Assembly (NCBI GenBank): GCA_017434085.1
Contig: JAFRFY010000111.1
Coordinates: 3,878 to 67,877 of the forward strand
Length of the DNA: 64,000 nucleotides
Direction: 5' to 3'
From: Clostridia bacterium
Lineage (GTDB): Bacteria; Bacillota; Clostridia; Christensenellales; Aristaeellaceae
Part shown: positions 53,603-61,559 of the stretch, one piece after another
Position numbering within the stretch: position 1 is the first letter of the stretch
Layout of the letters: every line of letters begins with the position of its first letter
The notes under the pieces: generated by a model
Told to the model about the DNA's origin: nothing
Seen by the model: only the letters and a program-made list of their open reading frames with translations
Databases searched by the model: none
Program-made: the position numbers and the translations under genes

Positions 53603-54033
53603 TGGTATTGAGCCTCCGTCTTTAATGCAGTCAGCCGATACACAGCCCGGGGTCGTTGTTCATGCCCTTTCCGCCGCCTCCAGCGAGGGATGGATATCGG
53701 CATAATACAATGCCCCGATCACGATAAACGGCGCGCCGACGACGATGGGCGCACGCTTTTATACCGGTATTGTATCCTTTGATACCATTCTACCATAAAA
53801 CAGGAATATCGGCAACTGTGAAATCTGCCCCCCGCCCTGTACCCGTTCCTCCGCAGTAATGAATTCCTTGGCGTCCTCGTCCATTTCAATGATTCGATCA
53901 TGGCTTATCACTTTCTCAAGGCCGCGTTGGACGGTATATTTTCTTTATACCTTAATCTCCAAACAGGACATATGTCAGGGACTTGTCTCGGATTGCAGGC
54001 TATGGTGATGGAAAAGTCAAGGCAGGAGGGAGA

Positions 54034-54099
54034 ATGATTATGGGTAAAGACAAACTGAGCCGTCGTTCATTTTTGAAGGGGCGCTTCACGTTTCGGTGA
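54034..54099 (+). CDS. 21-codon mini-ORF with a twin-arginine-like motif (possible gene remnant or leader)
   Basis: GGAGGG (54025-30) then ATG 54034, encoding MIMGKDKLSRRSFLKGRFTFR. Its last 8 codons form the terminator stem at 54076-54109. Confidence 0.25.
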   Translation: MIMGKDKLSRRSFLKGRFTFR

Positions 54100-54109
54100 A
54101 GCGCCCCTT
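54076..54109. terminator. Hairpin terminator (T-run on plus strand; abuts the stop of the minus-strand lipid kinase gene)
   Basis: AAGGGGCGCTTCAC-GTTTCG-GTGAAGCGCCCCTT, followed by TTAT. Confidence 0.6.
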
Positions 54110-54976
54110 TTATGGCCTGTAAAACCGGAGTTCCCCGTGGATCAGGCGGACGTCGAAGGGCAGGTTTTCGTAGATTTCACCGTCGATCTGGAGGGGCATG
54201 GGGGTGTCGGCGATCACGGTCAGGCGGGTCTGGCGCTTGAAGGACGTCTGCTTGAGCGTCAGCACCCGCCGCTTCATCAGCTTGATGAAGGCGCCGGGGA
54301 TGGCGGGCTTTTTGATGCCGTCGACGATGACCACGTCCAGCAGCCCGTCGTCGATCTCGGCCTCCGGGGCGATGGGGATGCCCCCGCCGAAGCTTTTGCC
54401 GTTGGCGGCGCAGGCGATCAGCGCCTCGTGGGGCAGGGTTTGGCCGTCGGCGACTTCGCTGAACCGGCGGGGCGCGTAGGACGCGACGGTCAGTATCAGC
54501 GAGGCCAGGTAGGCCGCGGAGCCCTTGAGCCGCTTCATCGAGGCGTAGCGGCGGAGGATGTCCACGTCGATGCCCGTGCCGATGGCGTTGATGCCCCGCG
54601 TCCCGGCGCAATCGAGGTAGTCGGTGGGCTTCGCCGCGCCGGTCAGTATGAGGCTGAGCGCCCGGGCCGGGTCCGTCGGGATGCCCGCCGTGGCGGCGAA
54701 GTCGTTGCCGCTGCCGCAGGGGATGAGTCCCAGCCGCACGCGGGACGGGTCGCGCAGGCCGTTGAGCACCTCGTGCAGCGTGCCGTCGCCGCCCATGGCG
54801 ATGATATCCGCCTCATCGGGGCTCGAGGTCAGCTGCCGCGCGATGGCCGTGGCTTCCCCGCGGGCGCGGGTGATGTGAAAGGCGTGGGGCGCCTCCCGAA
54901 GCAGGGGCTCGATGGCCCGGCAGGCCCGTTCGCCCGCGCTGTCGCCCGACAATGGATTGCAGATGAAATGCAGCAT
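54110..54976 (-). CDS. Diacylglycerol kinase-family lipid kinase (YegS/DagK type)
   Basis: 288 aa. Motifs NPLSG, IIAMGGDGTLHEVLNG and GSGNDFA. Confidence 0.85.
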   Translation of the reverse strand: MLHFICNPLSGDSAGERACRAIEPLLREAPHAFHITRARGEATAIARQLTSSPDEADIIAMGGDGTLHEVLNGLRDPSRVRLGLIPCGSGNDFAATAGIPTDPARALSLILTGAAKPTDYLDCAGTRGINAIGTGIDVDILRRYASMKRLKGSAAYLASLILTVASYAPRRFSEVADGQTLPHEALIACAANGKSFGGGIPIAPEAEIDDGLLDVVIVDGIKKPAIPGAFIKLMKRRVLTLKQTSFKRQTRLTVIADTPMPLQIDGEIYENLPFDVRLIHGELRFYRP

Positions 54977-55264
54977 GCTCCCGTCTCCCTCTGTTCAATA
55001 AAAAAGCGCGCAAAAAAAGCAGGCTGTGCCCCCGCGGATCGTTGAAGGGTGAAACGAATCCGAACTCCGAATTGAGGAAGGGGAGTAGGTTGAGGGGGGA
55101 TTCGGATCGAAGGCCAGCCTGCCTTACGGGGACAGTATACCAGCCTTTTATCAACTCACTGTTAACAAATCGCGGGAAACGATTGACGGTGACGATCATT
55201 TTTCCCAAACAACAGTATCATATACAGTATACCACGCCGCCGCGGGGATGTCCAGTGGGCGTCA

Positions 55265-55293
55265 TTGACACGCGACAGGGGGCATGATATAAT
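55265..55293 (+). promoter_or_regulatory. Consensus sigma-70-type promoter for the O-antigen-ligase-like operon
   Basis: TTGACA (55265-70), 17-nt spacer, TATAAT (55288-93), about 36 nt upstream of ATG 55330. Confidence 0.5.
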
Positions 55294-55329
55294 ACGCGGT
55301 GTATAAAGTAGAAGGAGATAGGATATCCC

Positions 55330-57024
55330 ATGCCGACGCGGATGGAAACGAGGGGCTGGATGTGGGCGCGGACGCTCTGCCTGTTCCTCGCGGTGATACT
55401 GTACTGGGCGAGCTGCGTGAACTGGGACGTGTACCTCTACGGCACGGCGTTCGTGTTCCTGCCCTGGGCGGTGCTGCTGGTTGCGCGGGCGCTGGCGCGC
55501 GGGCAGACGCGCCTGAACGTCCGAAACGGCCTGCTCTTTGGCATGGCGGGGTTTTATATGCTCTCGGCGCTGCGCAACGGCAACCTGTCCCCGAGGGGAC
55601 TCGCGGTGCTGGCGCTGGGATTTATGACCGTGTGGGCCGGGTGCAGGGCCTTCGGCGGCGACGCGGGACGCCGGAGGGTCTGGCGGCTGTGCTTCGCGGT
55701 GCTGGCGGCGGCGCTGACCGCGCTGCTCTTGACGGTCCTCACGGAGTTCTTCGGACATCCGGAGTGGCTGCCCTGGGGGGTCAAGCAGGTGGCCCGGCGC
55801 GGCGCGCGCGGCGGCGAGATGCTGCAATACAGTAAAAACCGCACGCTCAGGGGCGTGGTGACGCTGACCCACGCCTGCGGCGCGATGCTGGTGGCGGGGA
55901 TCATCCCTGAGGGCGCGGACGAGGCGCACCTGCTGCGGGAGGGCCGCATGCTGTGCCTGCTGATCGCGGGGCTTTGGCTGACGTACCTCGTGCCCGCGGT
56001 GGCGACGGTGTTCACCGGACGCCCCATCGAGGCGGACTGGCTGCCCTCCAAGCTGGGCATACAGATGCCGGGGCTGGTCGGCGACCGCATCTGGGCGCTG
56101 ATGCACCCCAACAGCACGGGCCGATGCGCCGTCATCGGCATGCTGTGCGCGATCTACTGCCTGTACGCCCCCGGGCGCCGGTGGCAGAAGGCGCTGTTGT
56201 GGGTGATCGTCGTCGCCGACCTGATGGCGCTGGCGCACAGCCAGTCCCGCACCGCCCAGATCGCCCTGGGCCTGGGCCTGGGGGCGATGGCGTTTCGCGC
56301 CGTCTGGCTGAAATGGGCGGACCATCCCCGGCGCGCGCTCGTGGGCGCGGCGGCCTGGGGCGTGACGCTGGTGCTGACGGTGCTGCTGGTCAGCGGCGTG
56401 TTCACCGTGGACGTGTTCGCGGCCAGCCGCATGAGCGCGGCCGCCGAGCCCAATCTGCTGGAGAGCATGAAGCAGAACGCGGAGGAAAAGAAGTACGTCG
56501 ACCGCATCGAGGACGTGGTCGTCGACGAGGCCACGGAGATCGCCGACGGCGTGATGGTGCCCCGCACCATGTCCGCGGGGCTTTTTGACGTGCTCAGCAA
56601 CGGCCGCGGCGCGATATGGTCAAACGGCGTGGACTACCTGATCCACCACCCCGCGGACATGCTGCTGGGCATGGGCTCGGACGACATCATCGAGCGCATG
56701 AAGGCCTACAACCCGGAGCGCTACCCCGCGCTGCACCTGCACAGCGGGTATCTGGAGGTGCTGGCCCGGGGCGGCGTGTTCATGCTGCTGTGCCTGCTGG
56801 GCACGCTGGCGCTGCTGATCAAACCGACGGCGCGGGCGCTGGTGGCCCCGGCCGGGACGGACGCGGGCGGCTACATGTTCGCCGTGCTGGTGGGCACGCT
56901 GCTGCTGCTGCCGCTGGTGGAGACGCTGCTGTTCACCGACGCCTCGGTGTACAACCTGTTGTTCTTCTACGCCGCCGGGCGGGTGGACAGGGCTTCAATA
57001 CGATATGGGAGAGATGGAAGATGA
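55330..57024 (+). CDS. O-antigen ligase / Wzy_C-family membrane protein
   Basis: 564 aa, about 10-12 TM helices. Wzy_C-like block HPNSTGRCAVIGML...LAHSQSRTAQIALGLGLG and late motif LHLHSGYLEVLARGG. Confidence 0.75.
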   Translation: MPTRMETRGWMWARTLCLFLAVILYWASCVNWDVYLYGTAFVFLPWAVLLVARALARGQTRLNVRNGLLFGMAGFYMLSALRNGNLSPRGLAVLALGFMTVWAGCRAFGGDAGRRRVWRLCFAVLAAALTALLLTVLTEFFGHPEWLPWGVKQVARRGARGGEMLQYSKNRTLRGVVTLTHACGAMLVAGIIPEGADEAHLLREGRMLCLLIAGLWLTYLVPAVATVFTGRPIEADWLPSKLGIQMPGLVGDRIWALMHPNSTGRCAVIGMLCAIYCLYAPGRRWQKALLWVIVVADLMALAHSQSRTAQIALGLGLGAMAFRAVWLKWADHPRRALVGAAAWGVTLVLTVLLVSGVFTVDVFAASRMSAAAEPNLLESMKQNAEEKKYVDRIEDVVVDEATEIADGVMVPRTMSAGLFDVLSNGRGAIWSNGVDYLIHHPADMLLGMGSDDIIERMKAYNPERYPALHLHSGYLEVLARGGVFMLLCLLGTLALLIKPTARALVAPAGTDAGGYMFAVLVGTLLLLPLVETLLFTDASVYNLLFFYAAGRVDRASIRYGRDGR

Positions 57025-58835
57025 TCTTTAAGGCGATCCGGCTGATCGCGCTGTGCGCGTCGATGTTCGGCTACATGCGGTATTTCAGCCGCAAAATCGC
57101 GCCGGAGCTGTCCATAGGCTTCACCTTTGTGAGCATCGGCAGCGTGATGTTTTTGGCCGGGCTCTTGAATGTGCTGCCGGAGACGGCGATACTGGTGTGC
57201 CTGGGCGGGCTTTTCTGCCTTGTATGGACCTTCGTCAGGGAGAAGCAGGGGCTGACGCTGTCGCTGGGCGGCGCGTTCTTCCTGATGATGTGCGCCATAC
57301 TGGTGGCGCGGCTGTGGGGCTGCCACTTCATCCATCTGGACAACTTCACCCACTGGGGGCTGGCGGTCAAGCACATGCTGACGAAGGACCGTTTCCCCAA
57401 CTTCACGGACAGCTACATCCGCTTCCAGTCCTACCCGCTGGGCGCGGGGGCGCTGATCTACTACTTTGCGAAGATCTCCGGCATACGCGCCGAGTGGTTC
57501 CAGATGCTGGCCCACTGGGCCTGCGCCGCGGCGATGTTCACGGGCTTCCTGGGCCTGGCGAAGAACACTCCGGCGAAGGTGCTGGGCTTCGTGGGGCCGA
57601 TGCTGCTATTGTGCGTGGACAACAACTTCGACCAGCTGCTGGTGGACAGCGCGCTGGCCTTCGTGGGGCTGGGCGCGGCGTCCTTCTGCGTGTACTACGG
57701 CAGGGAACTGAGGAAAAAGGGCTTCTACGTGATCCCCTGGCTGACGTTTTTGATTACCGTCAAGAACAGCGGCGCGCTGTTCGTGCTGTTCGTGGTGCTC
57801 CTGGTGTTCCTGTGGGGCGGCTTCAAAAAGGGCCTGGCGGCGCTGGTGGCGCCGTTCGCGTTTTTGCTGTTGTGGAACCGGCACGTGGCCTACGTGTATG
57901 AGTCCGGCATGATGGCCCAGCACTCCATGTCCATCGACAACTTCAAGCGCATGCTGATGAACAAGCGCGCCGGGTCCGTGCGCACCATCATCACCAAGAT
58001 GGTGCAGGAGGTATTCTCCTTTGCCAACCCGTACCTGGCGGTGTTCGTGCTTACGGTGGCCGCCTGCGTTGCGGCGTGGGTGCTTTTGAAGAAGGCGCGC
58101 ACGGTCAGGACGCTGCTGATCTACGGCGCGGTGTGCTATCTGCTCTACCAGGTGGGCATGACGGCCATGTACATCTTCACCATGTCGGAGAAGGAGGCCG
58201 TGCGGCTGGCCAGCTATCCCCGGTATCACGGCACGATACTGATATTCTCCACGGGCGTCCTGGTGATGGCGATGATACTGCTGTCCGAGCAGCTCAGGGA
58301 CGTGAAGAACGGCAAAAAATGGACGACCGCCTGCTGCGCCGCCTGCGTGCTGGCCATCGTGGTCTCCGGCATGCCCAAGTATTCCCAGTACCTGCGCACC
58401 GACACCGAGGAGGCCGCCACCCGCGCCGAGTACCGGCAGACGCTGGAGACGCTGGTGTCCGACTACGGGGTCGCGCCCGAGGCGAAGTACTACGTGCTGA
58501 TCGACCAGGATTCCAAGGACATGGGCTTTCTGTACAACATGATCAACTGCCTGATGCTGGCTGACGACGTGCAGGTGCGCAAGCTGGACCAGATATTCAG
58601 CAACGAGGAGATCGACGCCTGCGACTACATGCTCGGCTTCGGCAAGGATAAGGAGATCGGCGCGTACATCTACGATACCTACGGCACCCGCGACCGCGTG
58701 ATCAATCTGCGCGAGGCCCAGAGGAAGCCGACGGCCGATAAAACCGGTGAAGAGGCCGGGGCGGAGGACGTCGGCGATGAGCCCGCGGCGGGCCCGCTCA
58801 ACCTGAAGGAGGCGCTCATGGGGAGCGGACAGTGA
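57021..58835 (+). CDS. Large polytopic membrane protein with C-terminal soluble domain (envelope glycan assembly context), unknown function
   Basis: ATG 57021 is in an ATGA overlap with the ligase-like gene; the track ORF starts at 56616. About 12 TM helices plus a ~180-aa C-terminal hydrophilic domain with an acidic tail. Confidence 0.65.
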   Translation: MIFKAIRLIALCASMFGYMRYFSRKIAPELSIGFTFVSIGSVMFLAGLLNVLPETAILVCLGGLFCLVWTFVREKQGLTLSLGGAFFLMMCAILVARLWGCHFIHLDNFTHWGLAVKHMLTKDRFPNFTDSYIRFQSYPLGAGALIYYFAKISGIRAEWFQMLAHWACAAAMFTGFLGLAKNTPAKVLGFVGPMLLLCVDNNFDQLLVDSALAFVGLGAASFCVYYGRELRKKGFYVIPWLTFLITVKNSGALFVLFVVLLVFLWGGFKKGLAALVAPFAFLLLWNRHVAYVYESGMMAQHSMSIDNFKRMLMNKRAGSVRTIITKMVQEVFSFANPYLAVFVLTVAACVAAWVLLKKARTVRTLLIYGAVCYLLYQVGMTAMYIFTMSEKEAVRLASYPRYHGTILIFSTGVLVMAMILLSEQLRDVKNGKKWTTACCAACVLAIVVSGMPKYSQYLRTDTEEAATRAEYRQTLETLVSDYGVAPEAKYYVLIDQDSKDMGFLYNMINCLMLADDVQVRKLDQIFSNEEIDACDYMLGFGKDKEIGAYIYDTYGTRDRVINLREAQRKPTADKTGEEAGAEDVGDEPAAGPLNLKEALMGSGQ

Positions 58836-58870
58836 AACGCAGAAAGTTATCGAAAAAAAGGCGGCAACGC

Positions 58871-58899
58871 TTGACACGCCGCCGCCAATGCTGTACAAT
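58871..58899 (+). promoter_or_regulatory. Consensus promoter of the candidate antitoxin sRNA
   Basis: TTGACA (58871-76), 17-nt spacer, TACAAT (58894-99). Confidence 0.6.
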
Positions 58900-58905
58900 G
58901 GAGTT

Positions 58906-58986
58906 GGATGAGGGAAGTGCCCCCGCCATAGAGGTCTATGGAAAAGCAGCCTCCGAGTAGATCGCAACTACCCGGAGGCATTTTTC
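58906..58986 (+). ncRNA. Candidate ~80-nt small RNA (type I antitoxin-like), promoter-to-terminator unit
   Basis: Starts ~7 nt after the -10 box. Has a small hairpin CCATAG-AGGT-CTATGG (58926-41) and a terminator stem 58949-60/58968-79 plus ATTTTT. It is convergent with the peptide gene and overlaps its 3' end. Confidence 0.5.
58949..58979. terminator. Shared bidirectional terminator of the sRNA and the peptide mRNA
   Basis: GCCTCCGAGTAG-ATCGCAA-CTACCCGGAGGC (one mismatch). TTTTT follows on the plus strand and TGCTTTTCC follows on the minus strand. Confidence 0.65.
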
Positions 58987-58988
58987 AT

Positions 58989-59066
58989 CTAACGTGTAAC
59001 AGAGTAAACCGCTATCACGAGACTTGCGATAGAAATCAGAAGCGCCAACAGCTCGACGTTCGTCAT
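58989..59066 (-). CDS. 25-aa hydrophobic peptide, candidate type I toxin
   Basis: ATG 59066 lies 9 nt after GGAGGTGG. Encodes MTNVELLALLISIASLVIAVYSVTR, with stop TAG at 58989-91. Too short for the ORF track. Confidence 0.5.
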   Translation of the reverse strand: MTNVELLALLISIASLVIAVYSVTR

Positions 59067-59134
59067 ATACTACCACCTCCCGCCTTTTGTGTATCGTCGG
59101 CGGGAGTGCTTCCGGGCCATTGTCCAGCGTTGAT

Positions 59135-59164
59135 ATTATAGCATTGAACGATGATGGCTGTCAA
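59135..59164 (-). promoter_or_regulatory. Consensus promoter of the peptide (toxin) mRNA
   Basis: On the minus strand: TTGACA (59164-59159), 18-nt spacer, TATAAT (59140-59135). The leader hairpin 59108-59073 sequesters the SD. Confidence 0.6.
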
Positions 59165-59323
59165 TCATGTCCGAGCCTTGCCTTCGGTACGGCAATTTGG
59201 CGACATAGGGATATGATTTCAACAAGATTAACTAATGATTAAATAAAGCGCCAATTTTGGCATTTCATGGCCGGTTGGGTGTAGTATATAGTCAGAAAAA
59301 CAGCGACAGGGGGGTGTTCGACG

Positions 59324-59878
59324 ATGAGGATCCTGAGGAAGATGATCGCCGTGCTGCTGGTCCTGGCGGTGGCGCTGTCATCCGCGGCGCTGGCGGAGAC
59401 CTACGTCAAGTTCACCGGCAACGCCCGGGGCTACAAAAAGGCGGGCAGCGGCAAGACGAACGTGGTCATCAAGAAGGGCTCCGTCTCCTGCGCCGAGGAC
59501 GGCCTCGGCAAGAAATGGACCAAGGTGTACGTGGACGAGGAGCACGAGCTGTGGTTCAAGACCAAGCAGCTGAAAAAGACCAAGTCCGACGACGTGAAGA
59601 TACTGTACTACTCCGGCGGCAGCGGGCGCTCCACCTACGACGACGAGGGCGTGCACCGCTACAAGACCGGCAAGAAGTACGTCTACGCCACCGGCAAGTG
59701 CAACATCCGCAAGTCCCCGGGGCTGGACGGCAAGTCGCTGGGCACCCTCAAGAAGGGTGCGAAGCTAAAGTACCTGGGCAGGCGCGCCGAGGATGACCGG
59801 GGCGTCCACTGGTACAAGGTCAAGACGACCGGCGGCAAAAGCGGCTGGGTGTCCGAGGCGTTTACCAAATTGAAATAG
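59324..59878 (+). CDS. Secreted protein with two bacterial SH3 (SH3b)-like modules
   Basis: 184 aa, signal peptide ending AALA. SH3b-type strings: GNARGYKKAGSGK...WTKVYVD and CNIRKSPGLDGKSLGTLKKGAKLKYL...WYKVKT..GKSGWV. Confidence 0.7.
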   Translation: MRILRKMIAVLLVLAVALSSAALAETYVKFTGNARGYKKAGSGKTNVVIKKGSVSCAEDGLGKKWTKVYVDEEHELWFKTKQLKKTKSDDVKILYYSGGSGRSTYDDEGVHRYKTGKKYVYATGKCNIRKSPGLDGKSLGTLKKGAKLKYLGRRAEDDRGVHWYKVKTTGGKSGWVSEAFTKLK

Positions 59879-59898
59879 CGCAAAAGGAGAGCAAAGCC

Positions 59899-61224
59899 AT
59901 GAAGAAGCTGTTGACCGCGCTGGTGGCGCTGTTGCTGATCGCGGCGGTGGCGACGTCCGCACTGGCGGTGAAGATGTATGTCATCAACGATCAGGCCAAG
60001 GTCCGCAAGAGCAACAACAAGAAAGCGGAAGTCATCAGCCGCCTGCCCGAGGGCGGCAGCGTCGAGGTGCTCCAGACCGAGGGCAACTGGTCCTACATCG
60101 AATACGTCAACAAAAAGGGCAAGAAGCGCAACGGCTGGATCGCCAACAAGAACCTGAGCAGCACCGCGCCCCACAAACACACCTGGTCGGACTGGCGCAT
60201 CACGCGGCAGCCCACCTGCGCCAAGACGGGCCTCAAGGAGCACACCTGCACCACCTGCGGCACGACGAAGACCAAGGAGATCGAAAAGGCCAAGCACCAG
60301 TGGGGCAAGTGGACCGTCACCAAGAAGCCCACCTGCGCCGCGCCCGGCGAAAAGGTGACCACGTGCAAGAAGTGCGGCAAGAAGGGCAGTAAGAAGATCG
60401 AAAAGACGGGCCACACCTATGGCGAGTGGGTCGTGGAGAAGCCGGCCACCTGCGCCGAGAAGGGCGTGCGCAGCCGCACCTGCAAGGTCTGCAACAACAA
60501 GGAGACCGAGGAGATCGAGCAGCTGGCCCACACCCCCGGCGCCTGGACGACGCTGGTGCCGCTGACCCGCGAGGCCGACGGCGAGCGGGCCTACAAGTGC
60601 ACGGTGTGCGGCATGGAGGTGCGGGAGACCGTCAAGGCGGAGCCCAGCCTGGCCAGGAAGGATAAGGGCGAGCTGGTCAAGACGGTGCAGACCATGCTCA
60701 GCGCGCTGGGCTACAACACCGGGAAAGTGGACGGCATCTACGGCGGCAAGCTGGACAGCGCCTTCTCCCAGTTCGCCCGGGACAACGACGTGGTGTTCGC
60801 GGAGGGCTGGATCAAGCCCGCCCAGCTGGACGCGCTGGTCAGCGCCTGGGTCAGGTCGATCCCCGAGGAGAAGTGGATGGGCGCCAACGACAGCCTCGTG
60901 CTGACGGCGGATCCCGACGGCAAGCCGGGGGACGTGCTGAGCTTCAACTGGATACTGACCAACGACGGCTTCGACGACTGCACGCTGAAGGCCGTGCTGA
61001 TGGGCAAGGGCGCCGACCACGATTTCAGGGGCGACGACGTCGTGGCGCTGATGGGGGACGAGGCCCTCAAGGCCGGCACCGCCAACAGCCTGGGCGGGAC
61101 GTTCAGCATCCCCGCCACGGCGGCGGAGGGCGCAGACGCGCTGAGCTTCCGCGCCGTCGTCGAGAACGATAAGACCGGCGAGACCTGGCTCTCCAACGCC
61201 GCCGTCTATAAGATGGTCAGCTGA
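59899..61224 (+). CDS. Secreted SH3b - 4 x Cys-repeat (H-x-W-x2-W ... TC-x3-G-x5-C-x2-C) - peptidoglycan-binding domain protein
   Basis: 441 aa, signal peptide ALAV. SH3b module AKVRKSNNKKAEVISRLPEGGSVEVL..WSYIEY. Repeats include HKHTWSDWRITRQPTCAKTGLKEHTCTTCG. PG_binding_1-like segment GELVKTVQTMLSALGYNTGKVDGIYGGKLDSAFSQF. Confidence 0.8.
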   Translation: MKKLLTALVALLLIAAVATSALAVKMYVINDQAKVRKSNNKKAEVISRLPEGGSVEVLQTEGNWSYIEYVNKKGKKRNGWIANKNLSSTAPHKHTWSDWRITRQPTCAKTGLKEHTCTTCGTTKTKEIEKAKHQWGKWTVTKKPTCAAPGEKVTTCKKCGKKGSKKIEKTGHTYGEWVVEKPATCAEKGVRSRTCKVCNNKETEEIEQLAHTPGAWTTLVPLTREADGERAYKCTVCGMEVRETVKAEPSLARKDKGELVKTVQTMLSALGYNTGKVDGIYGGKLDSAFSQFARDNDVVFAEGWIKPAQLDALVSAWVRSIPEEKWMGANDSLVLTADPDGKPGDVLSFNWILTNDGFDDCTLKAVLMGKGADHDFRGDDVVALMGDEALKAGTANSLGGTFSIPATAAEGADALSFRAVVENDKTGETWLSNAAVYKMVS

Positions 61225-61284
61225 GGAGGGCGAGGGCACCGGAAGGGGCCGGCTCAAAACACATCATTATACATTCATACGCCA

Positions 61285-61313
61285 TGCAGGGGCGCCCAAT
61301 GGGCGTCCCTGCA
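61285..61313. repeat. Second copy of the TGCAGGGGCGCC hairpin repeat
   Basis: TGCAGGGGCGCCC-AAT-GGGCGTCCCTGCA. Together with its flank ATACGCCATGCAGGGGCGCCCA it matches the reverse complement of 1569-1606. Confidence 0.75.
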
Positions 61314-61559
61314 ATATGTATATCTGGAAGGAAGAGGTCGTCCCTTCATTTGAACCCCTCGCATATCGAAACGCCCGGACGCCCCATGGCGTTCCTACGG
61401 TGGGTTTGCCGCATCGGGAACGGTGTTTTGCCGCTCATGCGTAAGCCCTATGTTTTTACCCGTTGATGCTGGACAAACGAAACGGCGTATTCTATAATGG
61501 GAAAGGCCGGGTCCCCTCACTCTGCACTCTGGCATAATTTCCCGAGGAGCATTTCACAG

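Noticed and set aside
53719-53901. 60-aa minus-strand ORF
   Set aside because: Its Arg/Ser/Tyr-rich product is implausible and it has no RBS. A different frame of the same stretch looks more protein-like but is itself interrupted. I treat it as gene debris, not a gene.
58938-59141. 67-aa ORF (MEKQPPSRSQLPGG...) in the TA region
   Set aside because: It starts inside the sRNA, reads straight through the strong terminator stem and then runs antisense through the peptide gene and its leader. It has no RBS. The promoter/terminator logic fits a non-coding RNA better.
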